Positions 37,444-51,383 are shown, counted from the first letter of the stretch. The stretch is 64,000 bases of DNA from Octopus vulgaris (GCA_951406725.2 OX597814.1:209002001-209066000); one strand, 5' to 3'. A program made the numbers and translations. The notes: generated by a model not told the origin, from the sequence alone.

Positions 37444-37656
37444 CCCTTTCATTACCAACCCGGCTGAAACTGGCTCTGACTCTGTAGTACAAATGTCTTG
37501 TTTTTGAATTAAAATCTTCCACCAAACCTTAGTTGCAATTTATTTTGCTAACACTAGCTGAATGATGACTAAGTTATTTTACTAAATTCTTTGTTATATT
37601 TAAAATTAATTGAAAGAAACACAGAGCATCTCAACAGAAATACGGTAACGAAAGGG
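37444..37656. mobile_element. piggyBac-type MITE
   Basis: TTAA|ccctttcattacc ... ggtaacgaaaggg|TTAA; diverged inverted copy at ~55101-55328. Confidence 0.9.
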
Positions 37657-39399
37657 TTAAGCTTTTCACTCACCAGAACAGATCTGAATCTGTGACATCT
37701 TAGAGGTGGTGTATCATTAAGAGCACATCTACTGCAATGCTTCATAGTATTGTTGCAGTCTGTTCATTGTTAGGAAAGTATGCAGGGCTATCAGCATGCT
37801 TTCAAGCAAAGAGGATGTGTTGAATCTGCTTCCATATTCAATCAGTTTTAGCTGTTGATGACAAATAAGCATGGAAAGTTTCATGCTTCTAGCTTTTTAT
37901 TTACCTTACCTACAAGCTTTGAAACATGGCAACAAAAGCAGTTCAAATTTAACTGCTTGGTCCTGTGTATATATCTATATGTATATATGTGTGTGTCTAT
38001 ATGTGTGCATTATATATATTCACACACATACATATATGTACACACACATATATATATATACTCATTCATATACATACACATATATATATATTTGTGTGCA
38101 TATATATATATTGTGTGTGTATGCATGTATATATATATATATATATATGTATAGTGTACACAGCTGGCACCTCTTGTGTTGGTATCAGGTGCATACAGTC
38201 AATAATTATATGCTAATATGTGTTGAATACCTTTTTCTCATTTGTGAAACATATAATATATAAATAAATATAAATACATGCAAATTACACACATCATGTG
38301 TTCATCATGCTTTCATTTTTTTTAGATGCACATGCATAATCTGTATTTTATTATTATATATTTATTTCTTCTGTTTTATGCACACAGATGTGCACGTATC
38401 TTAAAAAAAAACATATTTTACTCTTTTTCTGCCTAGAATGATTTTAGTTGAAATTTGTTGCTGCCATTTCATATTATGACATTATCGATCTTTCCTTCTT
38501 GTTATATTTTATTTCTACTTTCACTTTCTACTCTAGACCATTTGGAAGAGAATTTAAGTTTAAATTCAAAAAATGGTTAAACATAATTAGTTGGATGATA
38601 GTAATGATAATGGTAATGATTATGATAATGTTGGTGATGATGATTACAATGATGATGATGATATTTTTTTACACATGGCTGCCATTTCAGAGAAGAATTC
38701 GTATTTTTTTTTGCTCAAAAGACACTTGGCTAACCTTGTATTGAATTTTAAATTAACAATTAACATAACAATTAGGCTTTAAAAAATTAGGCATGTGCTT
38801 GGGAATTTTTGTTTTTGATAATTTTTAATTTTATTTACAAGAAATTTAAATTTTTGTCATAAATATACAAACATATATACATATATATATATATATATAT
38901 ACACAAACACATGTTATATTTTAAATTTAATCTATTTTCTGTTTTTTAACTATAGGAAAATTTTTACTTGCAAAATAAATACGACTTCTTGCATGTTTTC
39001 GATTTTTAATTTGATTGGAAAGTCAAAACTTGTGATTTCTAAACTTTTTTTTTTAAATATACATTTTGGAACATTTTGTTGTTATTGTTGTGGTCATTAT
39101 TATTTGTTGTTTTTTTATTGTAATCTTTGTGTAAATTAACAAGTAAGACTTGTATACCACACAACAGTAAAAGCGATGTGGCTGAATGCATAAGGTACTG
39201 AACAGCCAACTTTGATATGTTGTGAGTTCAAACCTCCTATAGGCATAATATTGCATATTTGGGTAGCATGCTTATTTCACCTAGCTATCAGGGGGATAAG
39301 TATCAGATTTGAGTATGTTCTCTGTAATGCATTAGTATCTTGTATAGCAGAAGACTTGATTCTCATCTGTTTAACATTATGAAACTAGACAGAAGTATG

Positions 39400-39730
39400 G
39401 CTGGGTTCAGTCCCACTTATGTGGCAACTTGGGCAAGTGTCTTCTACAATATCCTCAGGCTCATCAAGGCCTTTGTGTGTGTGTGTGTTTGTGTTTGCAT
39501 CTCTTGGCTTTGAAATAGCATGATAGTCATAAACAAGTGTCTGTCTCCATCTCACAAGTGGTGTTATTCATTTCCAAGCTTCTTTGAAAACATATCTGAT
39601 CATGGGAGGAATATTTACTTTGCTTGGAAACAGATGAAGGTTTGTGACAGAAGAACATCAAGTTGTAGAAAATCTCCCTATTTGATCTTTACAAGCATGG
39701 AAAAATGGCCATTAAAACGATGATGATGAT
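39400..39730 (+). mobile_element. Old SINE with family-A head and RTE-type (GAT)n tail
   Basis: gggttcagtcccac...ttgggcaagtgtcttctac head; ends caagcatggaaaaatggccattaaaacgatgatgat. Confidence 0.65.
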
Positions 39731-40509
39731 ATTGAAACTGAAGGTAAAAACAAACCCCTAAGAATTCCTGGGTGGATGCCCTTGGAAGCGTTCTTTCTTA
39801 TTTTTTATTTCAAGGGGCTAAAGATAGAGCAGAATTAATTCAAGAAGATTTGAATAAATAAACATTATGTTTGATAATCCGAATGTTAAAAGGTTGGAGC
39901 AGTTTTTTAAAAACTTCTGTGCAAAATGTGACTTTTAATTGATCTCCAGTATACCATGAAGTAAAAAAAAAAAAACATTGTTATAAGTAGTCCAGCTGGT
40001 GGTGAATAACCATAGATGTGGGTCTCTCAAATTCCTGCTTTTGGTAGGGTGGAGAAGAAATCATAGGATTTTGCACTATCTGATTGAGTAACTATTTCAA
40101 GTTTTTCTCAGAGGTTCATCTCTCAAATCCTATTTCGTGACATATCTCTAATGAGAAAGCTTTTTTATCTGCACTCTCTGATAATGACTGGTTACTATAC
40201 AGAGCATTGAAATGCTTTGCACTATCTTCAAACAAGAAGACCTGGATCAAATACACAGAAGAAGATGAACTTCACTAAAGGTTTTTGAGAGCAACGTGGT
40301 GGTGGTGTCTAGTGGTTGACATTAGGAAGGGCATTCAGTCATAGAAACCATGGTAAAACAGCTGACTGGAGCCTGTTGTAGCCCTCCAGCTTGCCAACTC
40401 CTATCAAACCATCCAACACATGTCAGCATGGAAAATGAATGGCATGATGGTGGTGGTATTGATGGTAGCGGTGGTGGTGGTGATGGTCCAGCAGTGGCAG
40501 CAGCAATTG

Positions 40510-41000
40510 TAGGCGCAATGGCCTAGTGGTTAGGGCAGCCGACTCGCGGTCGTAAGAACATGGTTTCGATTCCCAGACCGGGCATTGTGAGTGTTTATTG
40601 AGCAAAAATACCTAAGCTCCACGAGGCTCCGTTGGGGGAGTGTGGTGAACCCCGCTGTACTCTTTCACCACAACTTTCTCTCACTCTTTCTTCCTACTTC
40701 TGCCACAAAGCAGAGGAACCATGGTGTAACCCACTATGGTGTGGTAAACTTTCAGACCCTATTCTAAATTGCGAATCCTCTGTACCCCAAGATGGTTCAG
40801 CTCTCCACCAGTTAAAAGCCACCGTTTACAGAATGAGGATAACAACGTAGCTTTCGCACCCGTGCAACCACCAGTCTATTGCGTGTGATGGGTGGATCTT
40901 CAAGTTGTCACACACATTCTTAGTAGCTTAGAGTAGGCTCGAATTAGAGATTATTCTTTGTGGCTAATGGCATGAATCCTGATTGGAAGAGGAAGAAGAA
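40510..41000 (+). mobile_element. SINE D head with a third, unrelated 3' body ending in (GAA)n
   Basis: Matches 41155 up to ~40700, then diverges. Confidence 0.65.
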
Positions 41001-41154
41001 AACAGCAGCATCATGTGTGCATGCACGTACACACACACACACACATACAAAATTCTATATTGTTGACAGGATATGAACTGCAGGGCATTGCAACACTCAC
41101 CAATTCTACAGCATTCCTACTACCTATTGCTGTCATTTATACTGTCTGCAGTGT

Positions 41155-41541
41155 GGAGGCGCAATGGCCCACTGGTTAGGGCAGCGGACTCGCGGTCATA
41201 GGATCGCAGTTTCGATTCCCAGACCGGGCGTTGTGAGTGTTTATTGAGCGAAAACACCTAAAAGCTCCACGAGGCTCCGGCAGGGGATGGTGGTGATCCC
41301 TGCTGTACTCTTTCACCACAACTTTCTCTCACTCTTACTTCCTGTTTCTGTTGTACCTGTATTTCAAAGGGCCAGCCCTGTCACATTCTGTGTGTCACGC
41401 TGAATATCCCCGAGAACTACGTTAAGGGTACACGTGTCTGTGGAGTGCTCAGCCACTTACACGTTAATTTCACGAGCAGGCTGTTCCGTTGATTCGGATC
41501 AACTGGAACCCTCGTCGTCGTAACCGACGGAGTGCTTCCAT
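41155..41541 (+). mobile_element. tRNA-derived SINE family D, full length
   Basis: A and B boxes; TSD actgtctgcagt / actgcctgcagt. Confidence 0.9.
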
Positions 41542-42216
41542 CCACTGCCTGCAGTACTGACTCAAAAGTTAAACGAATTCCGATGTCAAGAATCATTTAT
41601 ATTGTTCATGTACACAACACAGTGGCTGTTGACAGGATATGAACTACTGTTTTGGGTTGGTTATTCTGGCTCTTTGTTGCTATCTTAAACTAAGTATTTC
41701 TGTGGATATTCAATTTGGGTTGCACCCAACAAAGAATAGCACTATTGAGTTACATAAACAAAGCCAATATCAAACAATGTAGACCAATTTTAAACTTCAT
41801 GTTTTTTTTTTATTATTATTTTTTTTTTATCTCCATTCTTTTTTTTGCTGGCGTTCTACCTTGCCCAAGATACAATATCACTCATCCGAGATAATACTGG
41901 ATACGTTTTTTTACATATCAGATACACTAGACATGCAATATGTTTTTGGTGTGAGCTTATGGTACTTTAGTTCTTTTATAGTTTCCCATTGAATGGGAAG
42001 ACACAGGTAAACTTTCCTCCCCCCTCTACCCCCCTCTACCCCCACCCCACCTCTGTGTGATTTGAACTCAGAAGTTTTAAGTATTGATCGAAATACAAAA
42101 TGGAACCAAACTTTGTTTTTTGGCAACTTGTTCCTTTTTCTTTCTCTTTCTTTCTCCCTTTCTGTTCTCTTCCCCCCCCCTCTGCCTGTCTGTCTCTCAC
42201 ACATGCATACACTATA

Positions 42217-42254
<38 letters not shown>

Positions 42255-42429
42255 ACACAGTCATGGAAACGTATCTGTAAAAACGAACATGGGCACATAC
42301 ACACATATGAGCACACGCATAAGCATACACACACACACACACACACGAGCTTGCACACATACATACCAACACATTCTATTAGAAACCAGTGATATTTTCC
42401 TATTTAAGTATCAAAGTATTTGATATGCA

Positions 42430-42539
42430 TGCATGCATACATATATACATTCATATATATATACACACACACACATACATACAGGTATATATGTAAATGT
42501 AGGTGTGTGTGTGTGTGTGTATATAAATACATTTATATA

Positions 42540-42586
<47 letters not shown>

Positions 42587-42635
42587 AATATATATACATA
42601 TATATATATAAATATAATATACATATATATATATA

Positions 42636-42688
<53 letters not shown>

Positions 42689-42900
42689 ATATTTATTTAT
42701 ATATATATGTATGTATATATTTATTTATATATATATGTATGTATATATTTATTTATATATATATGTATGTATATATTTATTTATATATATATGTATGTAT
42801 GTATTTATTTATATATATATGTATGTATATATTTATTTATATATATATGTATGTATATATTTATTTATATATATATATATGTATATGTATATATATGTGC
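42430..42900. repeat. (TA)n tract with higher-order ~28-30-bp unit (atttatttatatatatatgtatgtatat)
   Basis: About six copies of the unit at 42680-42880. Confidence 0.9.
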
Positions 42901-43436
42901 ATGCACAATGTATGTATGCATGTGTGTTTTTACACACAGACATGCACAGATATGCATATATACACATGTATACACACACACACACACATTCTGGGACTCG
43001 AAAATGTCTGTGTGTGTGTGTCTTTGTTTTTTTGCAAATGTACGCACATTTACATCCACATTTAAAATGCAGGGGCAACTTTTCCTTTTCCTTTTTTTTT
43101 TCCCTTCTTCTCCTTCTTTGATCCCCCCACCATCCTTTGCCCCCTCCCCCTCCTCTCCTCCCGCCTCCTCCTCTGTTAATGGGTGATGATTTGAAGAATG
43201 ATTCTAAATCTGATACAGTTTTGTGATTAGAATGGTTTTTTTTTTTGATCTTTCCTTTACTTTACCTCTGCTACTTGCCCTCAATTGTGCTTCTATTTGC
43301 TCATATTGATTTTTTAAGTTTTTCTTCACAGTGATTGTATCCAGAATTGAAGATTAGTCTTACTCTTCTTCTCTCCTTCCTCTCTCCATCTTCTCTCTCC
43401 TTCCTCCTTGCTCTGTCCTCTTTAAAATTTTTTTTT

Positions 43437-43474
<38 letters not shown>

Positions 43475-43551
43475 TTTATTTTTATTATATATATATATAT
43501 ATATGTATGTATTATATTTATTTTATTTTTTCAACTAAAATTCTTTTTCTC

Positions 43552-43593
<42 letters not shown>

Positions 43594-43714
43594 CTTTCTT
43601 GCTCTCAAAGGAATGTTTAGTAATAATATGTTGGCATATTATTATCAATTACAGTAACAGCTGTAAGGTGTCTTTGAACTTAATAGCCTTTAAATAGCAG
43701 TAGAGGAGTTGGTC

Positions 43715-43859
43715 TTATTTGCTTCCGTCTGCTTCATTTGTCTGTCTTGGCCTGTTGTTGTGCTCGCTTTTGCCTTCGTTCTGGTTCTGTCCACCTTCGC
43801 CGTCCTCAGAACTTTGGTTACATTCACTGTGATTGCGAACGAAAATTGAGGTGTTATGC
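43715..43859 (-). CDS. Candidate terminal coding exon of an unidentified host gene
   Basis: Strong acceptor tttcatttcattttatttag|G; GC-richer unique sequence; two frames open to stops at 43715 or 43690. Confidence 0.35.
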
Positions 43860-43974
43860 CTAAATAAAATGAAATGAAATAAAATAAACTAATTGGTTTG
43901 AATTAGTCGAGTTCTGTTTGTCTGTTTGACACTTTAAATGATGACTGTGCAATTTGTGTATACTCTCTCTCCCT

Positions 43975-43976
<2 letters not shown>

Positions 43977-44010
<34 letters not shown>

Positions 44011-44408
44011 TATACACACACACACACACACACATACATGCATATACACACACACGCATACACACACACACACATACACACACATGCATACACACGCGCG
44101 CACACACACACACACATACACACACATACACACACATGCATATACACACTCTCACGCATGCATACACACACACATACACTCACACGCATACACACACACA
44201 CATACACACACACACATACACTCACACGCATATACACACACGCATACACACACACACACATATACACACACATGCATATACACATGCGCGCATATACACA
44301 CACATGCATATACACACACATACACACACGCATACACACACACATACATACACACGCATATACACACACACGCATACACACACACGCATATACACACATA
44401 TACACACA
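43977..44408. repeat. Compound (CA)n/(CATA)n tract
   Basis: Seen directly. Confidence 0.95.
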
Positions 44409-44496
44409 CTGTACTCTTACTCACATGTACAGACACATACACACATTATCACCTCTCCTTTCTGATATAGACATACATACACAAACATACACATAC

Positions 44497-44571
44497 CCAC
44501 TGAAACAGCAGTGGAATTTATTGCTGCACATGGCCCAAATTCTGTGATGAATTGCCAAGTACGCACCAATT
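44497..44571 (-). CDS. Candidate 75-nt internal exon, phase-compatible with the 43859 exon
   Basis: cttttaatag| ... GTGG|gtatgt; two frames open. Confidence 0.33.
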
Positions 44572-44801
44572 CTATTAAAAGCTGAGTATTGAGACAATTT
44601 TCACACTTCTTCAGTTCATAATGCTTCACTTCTTTCACAAGTCACTGGAAAAGTTCTCAGCTTTATGGAAACAGATTGCATGGGGAAGCGAATGTAATAT
44701 TACAATACACTTTTGCCTTTCCTCCTTGCCCATAAAATGAGGTGTTTCATTATAATCCCATAAGGGAGGGAGGTTCTCTGCAGCAGCCAAATCTCCTTTA
44801 A

Positions 44802-45385
44802 CCCTTCAGCATTTAAACCAATCATATCTGGCCCAAATATCCTACTTGTTTTATTCTACTTGTTTTATGCTCAGACTGACCAGATCCATCCTCTCACACT
44901 TCCTCTACAATGTCACTTCAAAAATATACGGTCACATCATTGAAATCTCGAAGCTATGAGATAATGAAGGATTTATTCAAAACAATGTGAATAAACAAAC
45001 ATTATATTTGACAGAGCAATCTGAATGCTGAAAGCGCCGCCCAGACTGGCCTTGTGCCAGTGGCACGTAAAAAGCACCATCCGTTCGTGGCCATTGTAAG
45101 CCTCGCCTGGCCCCCATGCCGGTGGCACGTAAAAAGCACCATCCGATCGTGGCCGTTTGCCAGCCTCGTCTGGCACCTGTGCCGGTGGCACATAAAAATC
45201 ACCCACTACACTCATGGAGTGGTTGGCGTTAGGAAGGGCATCCAGCTGTAGAAACATTACCAGATCAAACTGGGCCTGGTGCAGCCTTCTGGCTTCCCAG
45301 ACCCCAGTTGCACCGTTCAACCCATGCTAGCATGGAAAGCGGACGCTAAACGATGATTTGATAGAGAAATCTGGATGCTAAAGGG
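44802..45385. mobile_element. piggyBac-type MITE containing an RTE 3' fragment (45035-45357)
   Basis: TTAA|cccttcagcatt ... gatgctaaaggg|TTAA; RTE flanked by an imperfect ~28-bp duplication atttgacagagcaatctgaatgctgaaag. Confidence 0.85.
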
Positions 45386-45984
45386 TTAAATCACAACCTA
45401 CTGTCTTAAGAAAGGACACTTTGGATAATGTGGTCTTGGATTCTCTGAACAATTTAAAAAGTTGAGACAATTATAGCTGAGACTCCTTTGATTATAGGTC
45501 TACTCTCTCAGGTCTGACCTATGGTTAAACAACGGCAATAATTGGTTCAAATCCAGTCAGTGTGCCTGTAAATTATTTGTGTGTCAAATTAGTCTAATAA
45601 CATTTTGTAAATACTTGCATACATGTATATACACATGCATTGCTACATACATACATACACACAGACCTGAAATATACATATTAAATGACTTCTAAATATC
45701 ACTATTTGCTTTGACTTCTTTATTGGTTTGATTTCATTGTATGATTCAATATCAGCACAAACTAACTTGACCTGACTTCACTTATATGGATACTCTAACA
45801 AAGATTTCTCATAGTTTGTTATATTTGACTTGAGCTGAAAATCCTGGTAGCATGCACCACTTTTTAATGTAACACAGAAGATATATATATATAGATATAT
45901 ACTTAATAATTAAGGATAAAATCTTGAGATTTTATGAAGTAGTCAGTGTGTATAAGTAATGTTTAATATGAGTATATACAATTA

Positions 45985-46014
<30 letters not shown>

Positions 46015-46019
<5 letters not shown>

Positions 46020-46350
46020 ATATAAACGGCAGTTTGTCTGTGTGTGTTTCTGTGTGTCTGTTCGGTTGTACCCTCACTCTGACCACGGCTTTCAACCGAT
46101 TCTGATGAAACTTGACACACACATAGCCCAATGTCATAATTCAAAACTAACGCAGCGAAAATTTTGAAAAGTTCCCCCAGTTCTGAAAAAGATCGATAAA
46201 TTCGACATGGGGTCGACAATCAGAAACACAAACCACAGATGGTCTAGGGGACGCAACTCGACCTTTTTAACTATCAAAAAAAATTTACCATCATTTTTTT
46301 CCCCATTTTTTTGCTATTTTTTGGCTATAACTCTCTAAAAATGCTTTATA
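46015..46350 (+). mobile_element. Non-autonomous Helitron (third internal type), 3'-truncated
   Basis: 5' tctctatataaacggcagtttgtctgtg; distal part aaaatttaccatcattttttt...ggctataactctctaaaaatgct shared with 49807. Confidence 0.7.
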
Positions 46351-46495
46351 TATGCATGTATAAATACATGTAGATGTAGGTACGTACATATATGTATGTA
46401 TGTATGCATATATTTTATTTATTACACTATTGTATGACAGCGCCCTCGCGTCGATTCGATTCGTTCGTTTCGTTCCGTTCTTATTCTCCAAGTAC

Positions 46496-46550
<55 letters not shown>

Positions 46551-46659
46551 ATTATGATGCATTTCTAAGTTAAGATTCACTCATTTTTTTCTATCTTTTG
46601 TACATTCATTTGCCATTAACACTTTAAATGTACTACTTACTAACAGCTAGTTTTCATAA

Positions 46660-47353
46660 GCTAACTAGGCTACTGGAGTTCTGTGATGCATGCAACCTTT
46701 TAATCGGCAACGCTAAGTTCGAGAAGCCAGTCAGCCACCTGCTAACCTATCGATCAGATGACTCTGCTAGCCAGATTGATTTCATCCTCACCAGACAGCG
46801 GGACACAGGGTTGCTCTTAAATACAAAGACCCTCCCGGGTGAGGAATGCACACACCCCCAGCATAGACTAGCCATTAGTGACTTTCGACTCAAGACCAGA
46901 AGGTTGCCAAGAAGCAGACCAATCCAGAAGAGAAGGATTTGGAAGCTAAAGAACCCTTCACATGGTCAGAGATTTAGAGACATCCTCATCAAAAAATTTG
47001 ATGAGAAGGAGGAGGAGCTACAGTCCTCGGATATACAAGGTAGCTGGAAATTCCTACGGGACAGCTTACTGAGTACCACAGATCAAGTTTGCTGATGGTG
47101 CAAAGTCCCTTTCAGGCCTAGAGTAACGTGGTGGTGGAATAATATGGTAGACAAAGCCATCAGAGAAAAGAAACAGGCCTGGAAAGCTTGGAAGGGTGGG
47201 GGTAACAGGGAACTGTACCAGATAGCTGGGCGACAGGTATATAGAGCCAAGGGCGAAGAGGAAATGAAGTTTGCCAATGTTCAGCAATGTGAAGACCAAA
47301 GAACTGAAGTATTTGAGATTGCAAAACTGTGTGTGAGAGAAAATTGTGATGTC
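46660..47353 (+). pseudogene. RTE LINE fragment (EN C-terminus and linker)
   Basis: RLLEFCDACNL...TYRS...QIDFIL...PQHRLAISDF...IWKLK...TWWWNNMVDKAIREKK. Confidence 0.88.
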
Positions 47354-47593
47354 ACACCTTAATACAACAGAATTTACCCTGCATTGCTACTGTTGCGCAA
47401 AGTGTTGCCAAAAATTGATATTTATTTACTAATTTTAAAGTTTCATGACACACTACTGTATGTTTCTGTTTAGCAATGTTATAACACACACACACACACA
47501 CACACGCATGCACACACACACGCATGCACACACACACACACACACACGCACACACACACACACACACACACACCTGCTTTGTGTCTGTGAAGC

Positions 47594-48195
47594 AGAATAC
47601 CTTCCCTTCTTGGGACACAAAACTCTACTTGTGAAGACGTGATGAGGCAAGTGAGGATCAGAATCGAAATCGATCAATGGAAATTGCGGATGTGCTACCA
47701 GTGCCGGTGGCATGTCGAAACTCTGCTTGTGAAGACCCGTTGAGGCAAGTGACGATCAGAATCGAAATCGATCAATGGAAATCGATCAATGGAAATTGCA
47801 GATGTGTTACCAGTGCCGGTGGCATGAATAAATCGAGAAATCTCAATGGAAATTGCAGATTCCGTTTCGTTTCGCGACCGTTGCCAGCACCGCCCCGTTT
47901 CGTGTCCGTTGCCAGCCTCGCCTGGCCCTCGTGCCGGTGGCACATAAAAAGCACCATCCGTTCGTGGCCGTTTGCCAGCTCTGTCTGGCACCAGTGCGGG
48001 TGGCACGTAAAAAGCACCCACTACACTCACGGAGTGGTTGGCGTTAGGAAGGGCATCCAGCCGTAGAAACACTGCCAGATTTGACTGGGCCTGATGAAGC
48101 CTTCTGGCTTCACAGACCCCCAGTAGAACCGTCCAACCCATGCTAGCATGGAAAACGGACGCTAAACGATGATGATGATGATGATGATGATGATG
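47594..48195 (+). mobile_element. RTE LINE 3' UTR, nearly complete, with duplicated proximal block
   Basis: Begins gaataccttcccttcttgggacacaaa, matching the sequence just after the RTE stop at 27853; GAT tail. Confidence 0.85.
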
Positions 48196-48472
48196 TTGTT
48201 GTCCAACCCCAGGTAGAACCTGATTATGCAAATCTGTCATTAAAGGGGCCCCGTTTGCAATCGCCAGGTTCCCCTCTCCCTTACTACGTATATAATAACA
48301 AAACCCCTATTATCTAATACGCCGCTTCTTTTTCTAAGACTGCAAAAATGATTTGAGTGGGACTGGACTGCTATTCCTAGCATGAATATTTCAGCTCAAA
48401 TCGAGTTGAGTTATATGTTGCTGTAAAATTTTTGAATTTATGACAAAATATCATCTGCACTATATATCATTC

Positions 48473-48503
<31 letters not shown>

Positions 48504-48688
48504 GGAAGCAAAAAATATGGGAATGGAGGAATCATCCCCAGAATTGAAGGTTAGTAGTGATGGCTTGTGTTAGCAAAAATGGAAGACAAGAACAAAACCC
48601 ACTTAATCAAATTCATAAAATGAAATAAGGTCCTGCTTGTCAGAACTCACCTGTCATCTTCCATATATATATATGTGTATATATATAC

Positions 48689-48779
<91 letters not shown>

Positions 48780-49212
48780 TTCATCTCTCTCATACTGCAA
48801 ATAATATATGAAATATTTGAATTGAATTGCGATTCCTCTTGTATCATGAGTCATGATGTTAACCTTACCATTCTGATATCAATTTGCTTAAGACTTCTGC
48901 CCCTGAAGTGATTATATTTGAAAAATAATTCCAACCTTTCTGTCAGAATTTTATGTAAGAACAATTTTTTTTTTATTGAGTTCTGTTTTAAACTGCCAAC
49001 TTAATACTAGAGGAGTTTGTTATTTTATTAAATCCCTCAGTATCATGACAATAAAAAAAAAAGAAAAAGAAAAAAAAAAGGCTTAATTGAAACATATAGA
49101 CTGTGTATTTTATTAGGAATTTGCTTGCAGAAGGGTTAAAAAACTATGCCTGATCTATTGCAGGTAGCTAGAGGATTTCTCTTTTATTTCCTCTCGCTTC
49201 TATTACTTCTTG

Positions 49213-49548
49213 CGAAGGTGCATGGCTCAGGGGTTAGAGCTTTGGGCTCACAATCACGAGGTAGTGAGTTTGATTCTTGGACCGGGCTCTGTACTGTGTT
49301 CTTGAGCAAGACACTTTATTAAACGTTGCTTCAGTTCACTCAGCTGTAAAAATGAGCTGTGACATCATTGGTGCCAAGCTGCATTGGCCTTTGCTTTTCC
49401 CTTGGATAACATCAGTGGTGTGGAGAGGAGGAGGCTGGTATGCATAGGCGACTGCTGGTCTTCCTTAAACAACCTTTACCTGGACATGTGCCCCAGAGGG
49501 GAACTTTCTAGGTGCAACCCCATGGTCATTCATGACCAAAAGGGGGTC
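49213..49548 (+). mobile_element. SINE family E
   Basis: Homology to 11252. Confidence 0.85.
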
Positions 49549-49806
49549 TTTATTTCCTCTCACTCTATCCCCCTTTCTCTCTCATTCATTTACTCAGCCT
49601 GTCTCAAATATATAAATAAGGCAAATTATAAAAATATCTGACATTTTAGTGAGAGCTTAGCTTTCCAAACAATTAAGCAGCTGTGAGATAAAATCTCTCC
49701 ATGGATAGGATGCTAGTTTAGTTGCCAGTAACACTCCTAGGTTTCATGGTACTTCTCAACAGTGAAGCAAACAAGAGTAGTACCAGAATAAAATGTATTG
49801 CTCAAA

Positions 49807-50205
49807 TCTTTATATATAAAAGTAAGGTTGTGTGTCTGTCTCCTACGATTTTGATTCCTAACTACTCCCACATTTTGCGGTGCAGTGTAACCAAAACCGG
49901 GTATCTTATAGTCGTGATTCATATCGAGCCCTTCTGGGTATTAGCGTGCGTCTACGATGAGTCTACGATTTTAAAAATAATTTACCATCATTTTTTTCCT
50001 TTTTAATGCATTTTTTCGCTATTATATAAGGGAAGTAACTCTCTAAAAATGTCTACGATGAGTCAACGATTTAAAAAAAAATTTACCATCATTTTTTTCC
50101 CATTTTTAATGCATTTTTTTTGTTATTTTTTGGCTATAACTCTCTAAAAATGCTTATATAGTTATTTCCCTTACAAACCCGAGCAATGCAGGGCGATACT
50201 GCTAG
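49807..50205 (+). mobile_element. Non-autonomous Helitron, full length
   Basis: A|TC...CTAG|T with hairpin cccgagcaatgcaggg; nearly identical to 1031-1429. Confidence 0.88.
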
Positions 50206-50810
50206 TGCCCTATAAGACGATTGGAACTCAGAACCTGTAAGACCTTTAAGATGTTTGTCTAGTCTTATATCCACATAGGCACTTCATTTCTATTTTGCCT
50301 TTCTCTCTCTCTCTCCCCACTACTCTCATTGTATAAATTTATCTTTACCTCTCACCCTATGTTTTCCTCTCTTCAATCTCTGACAGGTTCTCATTCCATT
50401 GAACATCTCTGTTCATTGTTCTCTCCCTTCTCTCTATTTCTGTGTAGTCCTTGCTCTCCTGCATCACTCTTCTCTGTACAAGTACCTCTTAATTCGTTGC
50501 ACATCTCACCCTCTCAACATTTAGTTATGTGTATCATTTTTTATCTCTCATCTATTATTTCTTCTTACCATTTCTCTCTCTCTCCCCCCTCTCTCTTTAC
50601 TTCTTATTTCTCTCTGTACATCTTTCACTACACCTCATTATCCTTTTCTGGAAATCTCTTTCTCTCTCACTCGTCTCTCATATCTCCTTATCAGTCTTTT
50701 GTTTCTCTCTCTCTCCAGCTTTTCCCATCTTTATTTTTCAATCCCTCCTTTTCCTCCTCCGTACATCTGATACTTTTTTGTATACCATCTCCTACCTCTG
50801 TCTTTCATAG

Positions 50811-50866
<56 letters not shown>

Positions 50867-51383
50867 GTTTTCTCATTATGGTTCCTGTTCTCTCTTTCTC
50901 CCTCTCTCTGCTGTCTCTACCTTGTTTGCTCTCTTTCTTTTCTTTCCATGTCTTATACTTTCACTCTTATCACTCACTCTGTCTTTTTACCTGTCTGATC
51001 CTCTCTCTCTCTCTCTCTCTCTTACTACTAATCTAGGCCTACCTGTCTTATAGCCTCTCCTTCAATCCTACCTTCTTCCTTTCTTCTGTCCATTTTCTTT
51101 TAATCTGTCCATCCATGGTTCTGTTTTACCTGTCTATGTATTTATATCTTAATGGTAGGACCTCACTGTTATGATATAGCATATTAATAAACTTTGATTA
51201 ACCAACATTATCCATGTGATTAGTTGACAAAAACTCCCTTTAGTGGTGTTCAAAATGACTCCCGCAGTATCAATTGATCAAAATGTTTGGAAAATAAAGA
51301 TGATGCTGATGGGAAATTCTTGTCATTACATTCCCTTTATTTATGTATATACCAAGTACTTCTAAGTCTAACGAAATGAACTG

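Larger units (their letters stand above)
36655..37730 (+). pseudogene. Degenerate Tc1/mariner (maT/DD37D-like) transposase relic interrupted by a SINE A and a piggyBac MITE
   Basis: IFTDKK...VMQSKDPTSVMVFQAIATDGHVMPPRFI...INIVV [SINE] YLNILSKVLML; resembles the maT motif PASVMV.....DG.VMPP.F. Confidence 0.6.

Noticed and set aside
41155-41230. tRNA-like heads (also at 11252, 24755, 62819)
   Set aside because: They run into SINE bodies with TSDs and lack a proper acceptor stem, so they are not tRNA genes
43860-44547. HT- and CV-rich ORFs (also at 26576-27211 and 42679-43186)
   Set aside because: Translations of CA/TG/TA repeats
50329-51036. 235-aa Ser/Leu/Phe-rich ORF
   Set aside because: Polypyrimidine (CT)n low-complexity tract
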